A DNA stretch of 32,000 nt from Halomicrobium mukohataei DSM 12286 (GTDB lineage Archaea; Halobacteriota; Halobacteria; Halobacteriales; Haloarculaceae): contig NC_013202.1 in the NCBI RefSeq assembly GCF_000023965.1, positions 1,590,001 to 1,622,000 on the forward strand, in the 5' to 3' direction. The notes under the pieces are model-generated. The model worked only from the letters and a program-made list of their open reading frames with translations. It was not told the DNA's origin and did no database searches. A program made the position numbers and the translations under genes. Below are positions 24,853-32,000 of this stretch, in pieces; within the stretch, counting starts at the first letter, position 1; every line of letters begins with the position of its first letter.

Positions 24853-25536
24853 CTACGGCAGCGTGAACGGCTGCCAGCCGTCCGGCTGACCGCGCAGGCC
24901 GCGCACGCGCAACTCGCCGTCGGCGTCGCCGTCCTCCGGTTCCCGGACTTCGATCCGCCCGTCGGCCACCTGACTGATCGTGTTGACCGTCTTCGTGTCG
25001 TGAGTCGTCGGATCGATCGAGAACAGCCCCAGTCCACCGGCGCTGTCGATCCGACCCGAGAGCGTCTGGACGAACCGGAACAGCGCCCGCATGTCGACGT
25101 ACATCGACAGCGACGAGAGGCTGACCAGCCCGGTCCGGACGCGGCCGTCGGCGGCGTCGGCGTACAGCGACTCGTACAGCGCCGAGAAGCGCATCCCGAT
25201 GCCGGTGAGGTCGCTCTGGGTCGAGATCGACCTGACCCTGAGATCGAACTGCGACTCGGCGAGGTCCTGTCCGGTACAGTCGATGACGCCCGCCCGGTCG
25301 GTGTCGAACGACGGGTGGAGTCGACGGCAGCTGTCGAGCAGCGTCTCGCAGCTCTGGTTGGTCGAGACGAACAGCATGCCGTCGCCCGTCTCCGTCCCGT
25401 CGGCGACCATCGAGCGGACGAGGTCCTCGGCGCGGCTCAGCGCCGGCCCGGCGACCAGCACGGTCGAACCCGCCTCGATCGGTTCGATCGGGACGCCGTC
25501 GCCGAACTCGTAGACGCCGTCGGCTCCGCCGCTCAT
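24853..25536 (-). CDS. KaiC/RecA-fold protein with degenerate P-loop (probable non-catalytic signalling adaptor)
   Basis: Trimmed to MSGGADGVYEFGDGVPIEPIEAGSTVLVAGPALSRAEDL (ATG 25536). The layout follows KaiC-like ATPases (..MLFVSTNQS.., ..TGLVSLSSLSMYV.., ..GLGLFSIDPT.., ..VADGRIEV..) but lacks GxxxxGK[ST]. Its ATG overlaps the upstream stop (ATGA). Confidence 0.65.
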   Translation of the reverse strand: MSGGADGVYEFGDGVPIEPIEAGSTVLVAGPALSRAEDLVRSMVADGTETGDGMLFVSTNQSCETLLDSCRRLHPSFDTDRAGVIDCTGQDLAESQFDLRVRSISTQSDLTGIGMRFSALYESLYADAADGRVRTGLVSLSSLSMYVDMRALFRFVQTLSGRIDSAGGLGLFSIDPTTHDTKTVNTISQVADGRIEVREPEDGDADGELRVRGLRGQPDGWQPFTLP

Positions 25537-26453
25537 GGCTCTTCTCCGTCCGTCTCGACGCCGCCGTCCAGTCGGGCGTGGAGTTCGATCACGTCCATGG
25601 CGACGGCCGCCAGATCGCGGAGATACGCTTCGTCGGCCGCCGAGAACGAACGCGGCTCGTCGTCGTAGATACACAGCGGCCCGATCACGAGCCCGCTCCT
25701 GGTCACGAGGTTCGCGCCCAGGTACGCCCGGATCCCCATGTCCAGGAGCGTGTCGCTGCGGGACTCGAAGCGCGGGTCCTCGGTCACGTCCTCGACGGCG
25801 AGCACGTCGTCGTCTTCGACGATCGTGAACGTACAGATAGAGTCCTGCCGGTCCATCGTGTCCCACTCGTTGGCCCCGCCGTAGCAGGCCAGAAAGTCCT
25901 GACTGTGCTCGCTGATGATGTTGATCGAGGCGCGCTCGACCGAGAAGTGCGTGGCCGCCAGGTCGGTGATGCGGTCCAGGGATTCGAGCAGTGCCCGATC
26001 GTCGAGATCGTACGACTGGAGGGCCGCCAGCCGCTCGCGTTCGTTCTGTGGCAGCGGGTACGAGGCCTGTGACTTGCCCTCAACAGTCGTCTGGAGCAGT
26101 CTGGCCAGTCGTTCGGTCCCGAACACCGAGCCCTTGCCGACGTACTCGGTGATGGTCCCGCGCAGTTCGTCGGTGCTGATGGCGTCCGGAGCGGCGTCAG
26201 TATAGAGGATACAGCCCGCGTCCGGCGCGGTGTCACGGACCGCAGTCACCAGTTCCAGGCCCGTTCCGTCGGCCAGGTCGTACTCCGTGACGACGGCGGC
26301 CAGGTCGGTCGAGACGGCTGTTGTCGCGTCGTCGAGGGTCGCCGCGGTCTCGAAGACCGGGTCGAACTCCGTGAGCTCGGTCCGGAGCCGTTCGACCGTG
26401 TCCTGGCGGGCGTCCTCGTCGGGATCGACACAGAGGATGCGATGAGACGGCAT
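25533..26453 (-). CDS. Response-regulator receiver + GAF domain protein
   Basis: MPSHRILCVDPDEDARQ...AVVTEYDLADGTGLELVTAVR (REC). LPQNERERLAALQSYDL...AYLGANLVTRSGLVIGPLCIYDDEPRSF (GAF). The ATG at 26453 is preferred over the GTG at 26477 because a TATA-like TACATA lies about 30 nt upstream. Confidence 0.85.
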   Translation of the reverse strand: MPSHRILCVDPDEDARQDTVERLRTELTEFDPVFETAATLDDATTAVSTDLAAVVTEYDLADGTGLELVTAVRDTAPDAGCILYTDAAPDAISTDELRGTITEYVGKGSVFGTERLARLLQTTVEGKSQASYPLPQNERERLAALQSYDLDDRALLESLDRITDLAATHFSVERASINIISEHSQDFLACYGGANEWDTMDRQDSICTFTIVEDDDVLAVEDVTEDPRFESRSDTLLDMGIRAYLGANLVTRSGLVIGPLCIYDDEPRSFSAADEAYLRDLAAVAMDVIELHARLDGGVETDGEEP

Positions 26454-26527
26454 GCTGTTGGCTACATCGTCTGCCACGAGCGGTATGTACGTACTGGCCG
26501 AAGTATCAACAGCGAAAACTGCGCGCC

Positions 26528-28180
26528 CTACTCAGTGCCAAGCACCGCGTCGAGCGTCGCGTCGTCGACGTGGCGGCCTTCCCGGCCCGCCGTGTAGGTC
26601 TTTGCGACGGCGATGGCCCGTCCGGTCCGGGAGTCGCCCAGATCCGGCGAGAGCTCCGACTCCAGCAGGTCGGTCGTCCACGAGCACTCCTCGTAGTCGA
26701 TTTCACCGGCGACGAGGCCCAGACACAGCGAGACGACGATGTCGTTCATCGCGTCGGTGACGAACGCCGGGGTCGCTCCGCTGATCGCTCCCAGCTGCTC
26801 TACGTCGACCTGCGTCCCGTTGACCGTCGCAGCGAACACGACCGAGCCGGCGGCCAGCTCGGGGGCCGTGTAGTCGCCGTCCGGTTCGTCGGCCGCGTAC
26901 CGTTCGAGCGTCCGCCGACTCTCCTCGGCGACGGCGTCGGAGAGTTCCAGTTCGGCGACGAGATCCGAGACGATCTCCGCCGGGCTGGGGCTGGGGATGT
27001 CCGCGTCGATTGCCTCGTCCAGCGCGCCCAGCGTCTGCACGACCGCGCGGGCCTCGACGGGCCGGTGGGCGGCCACGTCCCCAGCGTCGGTGTCGGCCTC
27101 GTTCAGTCGCAGCCCCGCGACGAGTGTCGCACCCGCCAGCTCGGTCGCGTTCGACACGTCGACCTCGCCGACGGCGTCGCCCACCATCCCGCGAGCGAGC
27201 AGGCGCGTCGGCGCGTCGACGTCGAGCTCCTCGACCAGCGCGTCGATCTCGTCTTCGACCGCTTGGACGGTCACGTCGGGCTCTGCCTCTGTCACCGCGG
27301 TCTCGGGTTCGTCGCCCGCGTCTCCCGGTGTCGGCCCGGAAGGAGTCTCGCCGTCCGCGTCTCCCGGTGTCGGCCCGGAAGGAGTCTCGCCGTCCGCGTC
27401 TCCCGGTGTCGGCCCGGAGGGAGTCTCGCCGTCCGCGTCTCCCGGTGTGGTCTCGTCGGGCTCTGCAGCCGACTGCTCCTCTGCTTCGCCAGCGCCGTCG
27501 GTGGCCGTCGCGGCTTCGGCCGGCTGGGCGACCTGTCCCTCCGTCTCGGCGCTCATCTGGTAGCGCTCGTCTTGCAGTCGGTCACCGAGCAGGCGTTTGA
27601 GCGCCTCCGCGCGGTTCTCGATCGCCACGCGGCTGGTCTTCGAGGCCCCGCTGAGGACGTTCTGTACGTCCTCCGCGTCGTGGCCGTTGACCAGCGCCGC
27701 CAGCGACAGCGCACCCCCGGCGGTCGCCCCCGGCGAGCGCCCGTTCGCGATCACCTCGGGATTCAGCTCGAAGGCGTCAAGCAGGATCCGGTGTGCCACG
27801 TCGACCAGCGAGTCGGGCATCTCGACGGCCAGGCCCAGGCGGTCGGCGAGCGCCTGTGGCTTGGGCGGGACCTCGTCGACGTCGAGGTAGACGCTCGCGG
27901 TGTCGAGTTGCTGCTCGGTGATCGTGATCTCTCGGTCGTCGAGCAGCTCGGACCACGCGCTCGCGACCGTCTCCTCGTCGACCGGGAGCCCGTCCTCGCG
28001 AGCCGACAGGACCAGTGCCGCCGCAAGGAAGTCGTCGATGTTCCCCTCGTCGATCTCGGGCTTGTTGCGCAGCTGTCCCAGCCGGACCTGAGTGATCTGT
28101 AACGTCTCTTTCGGTATCTGGAGTTGCTCGCAGACGCGGAGCAACCGATCCTCGACGCCGTCTCCTGCACTACTTGCCAT
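26528..28180 (-). CDS. Double TFB-core (four cyclin-fold repeats) protein without zinc ribbon or B-reader, with acidic repeat linker
   Basis: The N-half aligns by eye with the archaeal TFB core: LLRVCEQLQIPKETLQITQ...DDFLAAALVLSAREDGLPVDEETVA and NGRSPGATAGGALSLAALVNGHDAEDVQNVLSGASKTSRVAIENRAEALKRLL. The C-half repeats the pattern: LVEELDVDAPTRLLARGMV...ELAGATLVAGLRL and ELAAGSVVFAATVNGTQVDVEQLGAISGATPAFVTDAMNDIV. There is no CxxC ribbon at the N-terminus. Confidence 0.7.
   Translation of the reverse strand: MASSAGDGVEDRLLRVCEQLQIPKETLQITQVRLGQLRNKPEIDEGNIDDFLAAALVLSAREDGLPVDEETVASAWSELLDDREITITEQQLDTASVYLDVDEVPPKPQALADRLGLAVEMPDSLVDVAHRILLDAFELNPEVIANGRSPGATAGGALSLAALVNGHDAEDVQNVLSGASKTSRVAIENRAEALKRLLGDRLQDERYQMSAETEGQVAQPAEAATATDGAGEAEEQSAAEPDETTPGDADGETPSGPTPGDADGETPSGPTPGDADGETPSGPTPGDAGDEPETAVTEAEPDVTVQAVEDEIDALVEELDVDAPTRLLARGMVGDAVGEVDVSNATELAGATLVAGLRLNEADTDAGDVAAHRPVEARAVVQTLGALDEAIDADIPSPSPAEIVSDLVAELELSDAVAEESRRTLERYAADEPDGDYTAPELAAGSVVFAATVNGTQVDVEQLGAISGATPAFVTDAMNDIVVSLCLGLVAGEIDYEECSWTTDLLESELSPDLGDSRTGRAIAVAKTYTAGREGRHVDDATLDAVLGTE
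27318..27448 (-). repeat. 39-bp perfect or near-perfect tandem repeat, 3.4 copies, in-frame inside the TFB-like gene
   Basis: Unit GCGTCTCCCGGTGTCGGCCCGGAAGGAGTCTCGCCGTCC at 27318, 27357 and 27396 (one mismatch in copy 3), plus a 14-nt partial copy. It encodes TPGDADGETPSGP x3. Confidence 0.95.
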
Positions 28181-28205
28181 AGTGCAGTCGTTCACGCTTC
28201 ACTGT

Positions 28206-28217
28206 CTTAACTTTTGG
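28206..28217 (-). promoter_or_regulatory. TATA-like element for the TFB-like gene
   Basis: The reverse strand reads CCAAAAGTTAAG, about 30 nt upstream of ATG 28180. Confidence 0.3.
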
Positions 28218-28286
28218 ATGCTCGAACCGCCGATCGGAGCCGGCGCGGGACCGTCGCCGTCCCGGACCGTCGAGCGGCGGCTCCCC

Positions 28287-29303
28287 TCACCGCTCGTCTG
28301 CTGGCCCGAGGCCGGGGACGGCGACGGCCGCTTCGAGCCGATCCATCGCCAGCGCGGTCGTCAACACCAGCGCGAGATACAGAACCGCCACGACGACGTA
28401 GGTGTCGGTGACCCGGAAGCTATCGGAGGCGATGATCCGGGCCTGTCGGAACAGCTCGGGCACGGTGATGAACGCGGCCAGCGAGGAGTACTTGATGAGA
28501 TAGACGAACTCGTTGGTCCAGCCGGGAATCGCGTAGCGCAACCCCTGTGGCAGGACGACGTGGCGGATCCCCGCCGCCTTCGAGAGGCCGATCGATCGGG
28601 CGGCCACGAGTTGTCCGCTGTCGACCGACTGGAGCGCGCCCCGGATGTACTCGGCCTGGTAGGCCGAGGAGTTGATCGTGAAGCCGACGATCGCCACGAA
28701 GACGGCCGCCCGTGGCACGGCTCCCTCGCCGACGAGCCCGAGCCCCTCGATCTCCTCTGCCAGGGGGAGCCCGTAGTACAGTAAGAACAGCTGGGCGAGC
28801 AGCGGCGTCCCGCGAACGAGCTCCGTGTACGCGAGCGAGACGGTGCCGACGATCCGCCCGCCGTAGACCCGCGCGACGGAGAGCGGGACGGCGATCGCCA
28901 GTCCGAGCACCATCGACGCGAGCGTCAGGTACACCGTGATGAAGGCACCGGCGGCCATCGCCGGCCCGCCCTCGATGGCGAAGGCAGTCAGTTCGAACGG
29001 CCAGGCGAGCCACTCCGCGAGGAGTCCGAGCGGCCCCAGATCGGCACCGACAGCGGTCAGGGTCTCGGCGGCGTTCGCGAACGGTGCGGTCGGGAGCCAC
29101 GGCTCGCGAGCGAGCACCGCCGTCTCCGAGCGGATCAGGTCCGGGACGCCAAGCGCCGTGGCGACGGCGTCGAGGACCGTGTTGTGGTAGGCCCAGCGCA
29201 GCGACAGCCACGTCCAGAAGACGACGCCGACGGTCACGACGGCGACGCGTCGCCGGCCCGGCAGATCGCCGACGGCGGCGGGTTGGGTCTGGTCCGTGCT
29301 CAT
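28287..29303 (-). CDS. Polar amino-acid ABC transporter permease (His/Glu/Gln/Arg/opine family) with long N-terminal extension
   Basis: Trimmed to MSTDQTQPAAV (ATG 29303, overlapping the upstream stop by 1 nt). Permease core: YTELVRGTPLLAQLFLLYYGLP...SSAYQAEYIRGALQSVDSGQLVAARSIGLSKAAGIRHVVLPQGLRYAIPGWTNEFVYLIKYSSLA. Confidence 0.85.
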   Translation of the reverse strand: MSTDQTQPAAVGDLPGRRRVAVVTVGVVFWTWLSLRWAYHNTVLDAVATALGVPDLIRSETAVLAREPWLPTAPFANAAETLTAVGADLGPLGLLAEWLAWPFELTAFAIEGGPAMAAGAFITVYLTLASMVLGLAIAVPLSVARVYGGRIVGTVSLAYTELVRGTPLLAQLFLLYYGLPLAEEIEGLGLVGEGAVPRAAVFVAIVGFTINSSAYQAEYIRGALQSVDSGQLVAARSIGLSKAAGIRHVVLPQGLRYAIPGWTNEFVYLIKYSSLAAFITVPELFRQARIIASDSFRVTDTYVVVAVLYLALVLTTALAMDRLEAAVAVPGLGPADER

Positions 29304-30034
29304 CAGTGGATCTCTGTGAGGTCGCCCAGGAACTCGCGTGTGCGGTCGTGTTCGGGGTCGTCGAACAGCTGTTCGGGCGGTCCCCGTTCGACGATCCGCC
29401 CGTCGTCGAGGAAGGTGAGCGTCGTGGCCGCAGAGCGGGCAAAGCCCATCTCGTGGGTGACACACAGCATCGTCATCCCCTCGTCGGCCAGGTCGTTCAT
29501 CACGCCCAGCACCTCGCCGATCAGTTCCGGGTCCAGCGCGCTGGTGGGTTCGTCGAAGAGGATGAGCTCCGGGTCCATCGCCAGCGAGCGAGCGATCCCG
29601 ACCCGCTGTTTCTGGCCGCCGGACAGCTCTGCCGGGTAGGAGTCTGCCTGCTCGGCCAGCCCGACGCGGTCGAGGAACTCCATCGCGCGGTCGTGGGCCT
29701 CGCCGCTCGGGAGATCGAGCACCTCGGTCAGCCCCAGCGTGACGTTGCCCACCGCGGTGCGGTGCGCGAAGAGATTGAAGTCCTGAAACACCATCCCGAC
29801 CCGTCGCCGGAGGTCGTTCTCGTCCATCGCGTGGACGTCCTCGCCGTCGAGGAAGATCGACCCGCCGTCGATCTCGGTGAGACGGTTGATACAGCGCAAC
29901 AGGGTGGACTTGCCCGATCCGCTCGGGCCGACGATCACGTCCACGTCCCGTGTGTCCATCTCGAACCCGACGCCGTGCAGTACCTCCTCTTTCCCGTACG
30001 ATTTCTCGACGTCTTCGAGTCGAAGTAGGCTCAT
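29303..30034 (-). CDS. Polar amino-acid ABC transporter ATP-binding protein
   Basis: Walker A GPSGSGKST, Q-loop, signature LSGGQKQRVGIARSL, Walker B LILFDEPTSALD, H-loop VTHEMGFA. Confidence 0.95.
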   Translation of the reverse strand: MSLLRLEDVEKSYGKEEVLHGVGFEMDTRDVDVIVGPSGSGKSTLLRCINRLTEIDGGSIFLDGEDVHAMDENDLRRRVGMVFQDFNLFAHRTAVGNVTLGLTEVLDLPSGEAHDRAMEFLDRVGLAEQADSYPAELSGGQKQRVGIARSLAMDPELILFDEPTSALDPELIGEVLGVMNDLADEGMTMLCVTHEMGFARSAATTLTFLDDGRIVERGPPEQLFDDPEHDRTREFLGDLTEIH

Positions 30035-30747
30035 TCGTTGCCTCCTGGGATCGCGTAGCGGTCGTGTAGTCGATCGAGCGTCCGGTTTGTCGCGACGGTC
30101 AACACGAAGTAGATCGCGGTGATCGTGAGGATGACCTCCATCACGGCGGTGCCCCGGCCGGGCTGGAGATAGAGGTTCTCGGCCCGAGTCAGGAGCTCCG
30201 CCAGTCCGATCGCGAAGGCGACGCTGGTGTCTTTCAGCACGATCGTGAACTCGTTTTGAAAGCCGGGGATCGAGCGCCGGATCGCCTGCGGGAAGATCAC
30301 GTGGCGGATGGCCTGGAGCTTGCTCATGCCGATCGAGCGGGCCCCCTCCATCTGACCTTCGCTGATCGACTGTATCGCGCCCCGGAACACTTGGCTCTGG
30401 TAGGCCCCGCTACGGAGCCCGAGCGCCAGCGCCGCCGCGAGAAACGGCGTCACCTGGATGTCGAGCGCCGGCACGGTGCCAAGCTGTGGGATCGGGAGCC
30501 CGAAGTACAGCACCACGACGAGCACGACGATCGGCGTACCACGGAAGACGACGCCGACGGTGCCGACCACCGACCGGAGCGAGTCCGGCCCGTACACCTC
30601 GATCGCCCCCATCGGGAATCCGGCCAGAAACCCCAGCGAGAGACTGGTGATCGTCAGCAACACCGTGACGATCGTTCCCAGCAGCAGGAAGTCCGCGTTG
30701 CTGGCGACGAAGAGCCAATCGCTGCTTTGCAACACGATCCCCGCCAT
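30031..30747 (-). CDS. Polar amino-acid ABC transporter permease
   Basis: VVFRGTPIVVLVVVLYFGLP...SGAYQSQVFRGAIQSISEGQMEGARSIGMSKLQAIRHVIFPQAIRRSIPGFQNEFTIVLKDTSVA. Overlaps the ATPase gene by 4 nt. Confidence 0.9.
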   Translation of the reverse strand: MAGIVLQSSDWLFVASNADFLLLGTIVTVLLTITSLSLGFLAGFPMGAIEVYGPDSLRSVVGTVGVVFRGTPIVVLVVVLYFGLPIPQLGTVPALDIQVTPFLAAALALGLRSGAYQSQVFRGAIQSISEGQMEGARSIGMSKLQAIRHVIFPQAIRRSIPGFQNEFTIVLKDTSVAFAIGLAELLTRAENLYLQPGRGTAVMEVILTITAIYFVLTVATNRTLDRLHDRYAIPGGNE

Positions 30748-30752
30748 CTATC

Positions 30753-31529
30753 TCACTCGAACCACTCGCCGACGAGCTCGTCGTATGTACCGTCGTCGCG
30801 CAGTTCCGCGAGCGCGTCGTTCAGATCGCTCAGGCGCTCGTCGTCGGGACGCATCCCCATGCCGAACTGCTCGCCGGTGTCGATGACGAACGCGATCGCG
30901 ACCGCACGGTCGCCCGCGAAGCTCCCGGCCACGGGCTCGTCGACGATCACGGCGTCGACGTTGCCGTTTTCGAGGTCCTGGGCTGCCAGCGTGTAGTTGT
31001 CGTAGCGCCGGAGGTCGTCTTCGGCGACGAGTCCGTCCTCGACGAGTGCCTCCGCCTCGCCCTCGCCCGTGGTGCCGCCCTGGGCACCGACGCGGACGCC
31101 TTCGAGATCCTCGACCGACTCCGGCTGGAACTCGCCGCCTTCCTGGACGAGGACGGCCTGGCTGGACTCCCAGTAGGGGTCGGTGAAGTCGATCTGCTCC
31201 TGGCGGTCCGGGCCGATCGTCATGCCGGCGGCGATCAGATCGATATCGCCGTCCAGCACCGACGGGATCAGCGACTCGAAGGCGATGTCCTGCCACTCGC
31301 CGACCTCGTAGCCGGCCCGGTCGATGACCGTCTCGGCCAGCTCGATGTCGAAGCCGACCAGTTCGCCGTCCTCGGTGTACTCGAACGGCGGGAACCCGGA
31401 GTTCGTCCCGGGAACGATCGTCTCCGTGTTCTCCTCGCTACTCGAACAGCCGGCGATCGCCGTCGTGGCTCCGAGAGCCCCGACGGTCTTCATGTACGCC
31501 CGCCGATCCATACTGTACGTACGAGCCAT
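30753..31529 (-). CDS. Family-3 solute-binding lipoprotein (polar amino-acid ABC transporter), Tat signal
   Basis: Trimmed to MARTYSMDRRAYMKTVGALGATTAIAGCSS (twin-arginine plus lipobox). NSGFPPFEYTEDGELVGFDIELAE...DLIAAGMTIGPDRQEQIDFTDPYW. An alternative start is at 31511. Confidence 0.85.
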   Translation of the reverse strand: MARTYSMDRRAYMKTVGALGATTAIAGCSSSEENTETIVPGTNSGFPPFEYTEDGELVGFDIELAETVIDRAGYEVGEWQDIAFESLIPSVLDGDIDLIAAGMTIGPDRQEQIDFTDPYWESSQAVLVQEGGEFQPESVEDLEGVRVGAQGGTTGEGEAEALVEDGLVAEDDLRRYDNYTLAAQDLENGNVDAVIVDEPVAGSFAGDRAVAIAFVIDTGEQFGMGMRPDDERLSDLNDALAELRDDGTYDELVGEWFE

Positions 31530-31687
31530 ACCGATTGATCGGTAGAGCCACTGTTGAACGTTTCGGGCCTGTTCTGGATGGTCTATCATGCCGACGGCGG
31601 TGATCGGCATTTTTCGAGGGCGGGCGAGGGGGTAATCACTCGCGGCTCTGCTTCGTATCTGAACACCGCCGTCTCCGTGGCGGGACC

Positions 31688-31694
31688 ATTTATG
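31688..31694 (+). promoter_or_regulatory. TATA-like box for the terminal zinc-ribbon gene
   Basis: ATTTATG is centred 28 nt upstream of ATG 31719. Confidence 0.35.
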
Positions 31695-31718
31695 TTCGCG
31701 CGTACCACACGGGTGAGC

Positions 31719-32000
31719 ATGGAACAGCTATCCTCGTGTTACTTCTGTGGAGCCGCCCTCGACGCCCAGATCGAGCCGTACCAGGTCGTGCCGGCGTCGC
31801 TGGAGCCGACCGACGACCAGCAGCGAGCCGTCTCGCTGTGTCCGAGCTGTCGCCAGAAGCTCGCACACGTCGTCGAGACCGTCGTCGAAGCCAGCGACGA
31901 CGGGGACGCCACCGCGGCCATGGACGACGTGTCGGATCTCGACCCCGATGGAACGCTCCTCGACGACGAGCCAGGCACCGCGACCGGAGTCGACGACTCC
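31719..32000 (+). CDS. Small CxxC...CxxC zinc-ribbon protein with acidic tail (partial; runs off window end)
   Basis: MEQLSSCYFCGAALDAQIEPYQVVPASLEPTDDQQRAVSLCPSCRQKLAHVVETVVEASDDGD... The frame is open to position 32000. The antisense ORF 31739..31978 was rejected. Confidence 0.55.
   Translation, partial: MEQLSSCYFCGAALDAQIEPYQVVPASLEPTDDQQRAVSLCPSCRQKLAHVVETVVEASDDGDATAAMDDVSDLDPDGTLLDDEPGTATGVDDS

Noticed and set aside
27318-27448. The 39-bp repeats as a possible CRISPR array
   Set aside because: The units are directly adjacent with no spacers, lie in frame inside a coding region, and have no leader or cas genes nearby.
26570-28102. 510-aa forward ORF opposite the TFB-like gene
   Set aside because: It is a low-complexity antisense frame. 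The reverse frame carries recognisable cyclin-repeat motifs and an in-frame repeat.
1-32000. rRNA genes, tRNA genes and large non-coding gaps
   Set aside because: Intergenic spacers are all shorter than about 220 bp. None shows tRNA-like cloverleaf arms or rRNA-like sequence on inspection.

Overview
High-G+C, gene-dense segment that looks like a haloarchaeal (class Halobacteria) chromosome: acidic proteins, Bat-type HTH_10 regulators, Brp/Blh, USP fusions, TATA-like boxes about 27 nt upstream of start codons. I call about 28 protein genes. No rRNA, tRNA or CRISPR array is visible.

Gene order, left to right:
- partial PAS sensor (-)
- TetR (-), divergent from a COG1361-type multi-repeat surface protein and an RND/MMPL exporter (+)
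- pyridine-nucleotide disulfide oxidoreductase (+)
- REC-PAS-GAF hybrid histidine kinase (-)
- a universal-stress-protein gene destroyed by two independent insertions: an IS200/IS605-type tnpB-only element with matching end hairpins, and an 80-bp palindromic MITE-like element with a TA duplication
- 5-formyl-THF cyclo-ligase-like (-)
- FNT channel fused to two USP domains (+)
- DEVH helicase with C-terminal Cys4 domain (+)
- HTH_10 regulator (-)
- SRPBCC protein, a CGCGG-motif small protein translationally coupled to a radical SAM/SPASM enzyme, and a second HTH_10 regulator (+)
- 12-TM membrane protein, SHOCT protein, hexapeptide acyltransferase and CrtI-type desaturase (-), divergent from a Brp/Blh beta-carotene dioxygenase (+)
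- degenerate KaiC-like protein, REC-GAF regulator and a zinc-ribbon-less double TFB-core protein carrying a 39-bp tandem repeat (-)
- four-gene polar amino-acid ABC transporter (-)
- partial zinc-ribbon protein (+)

Best candidates for an undescribed system:
1. The CGCGG small protein / rSAM-SPASM cassette, with its flanking regulators and palindromic operator-like sites.
2. The co-directional module of double TFB-core protein, REC-GAF regulator and degenerate KaiC-like protein.

All family assignments come from motif recognition by eye. No database search was run. Many long ORFs in the supplied track are antisense or shadow ORFs typical of high-G+C DNA and were rejected.
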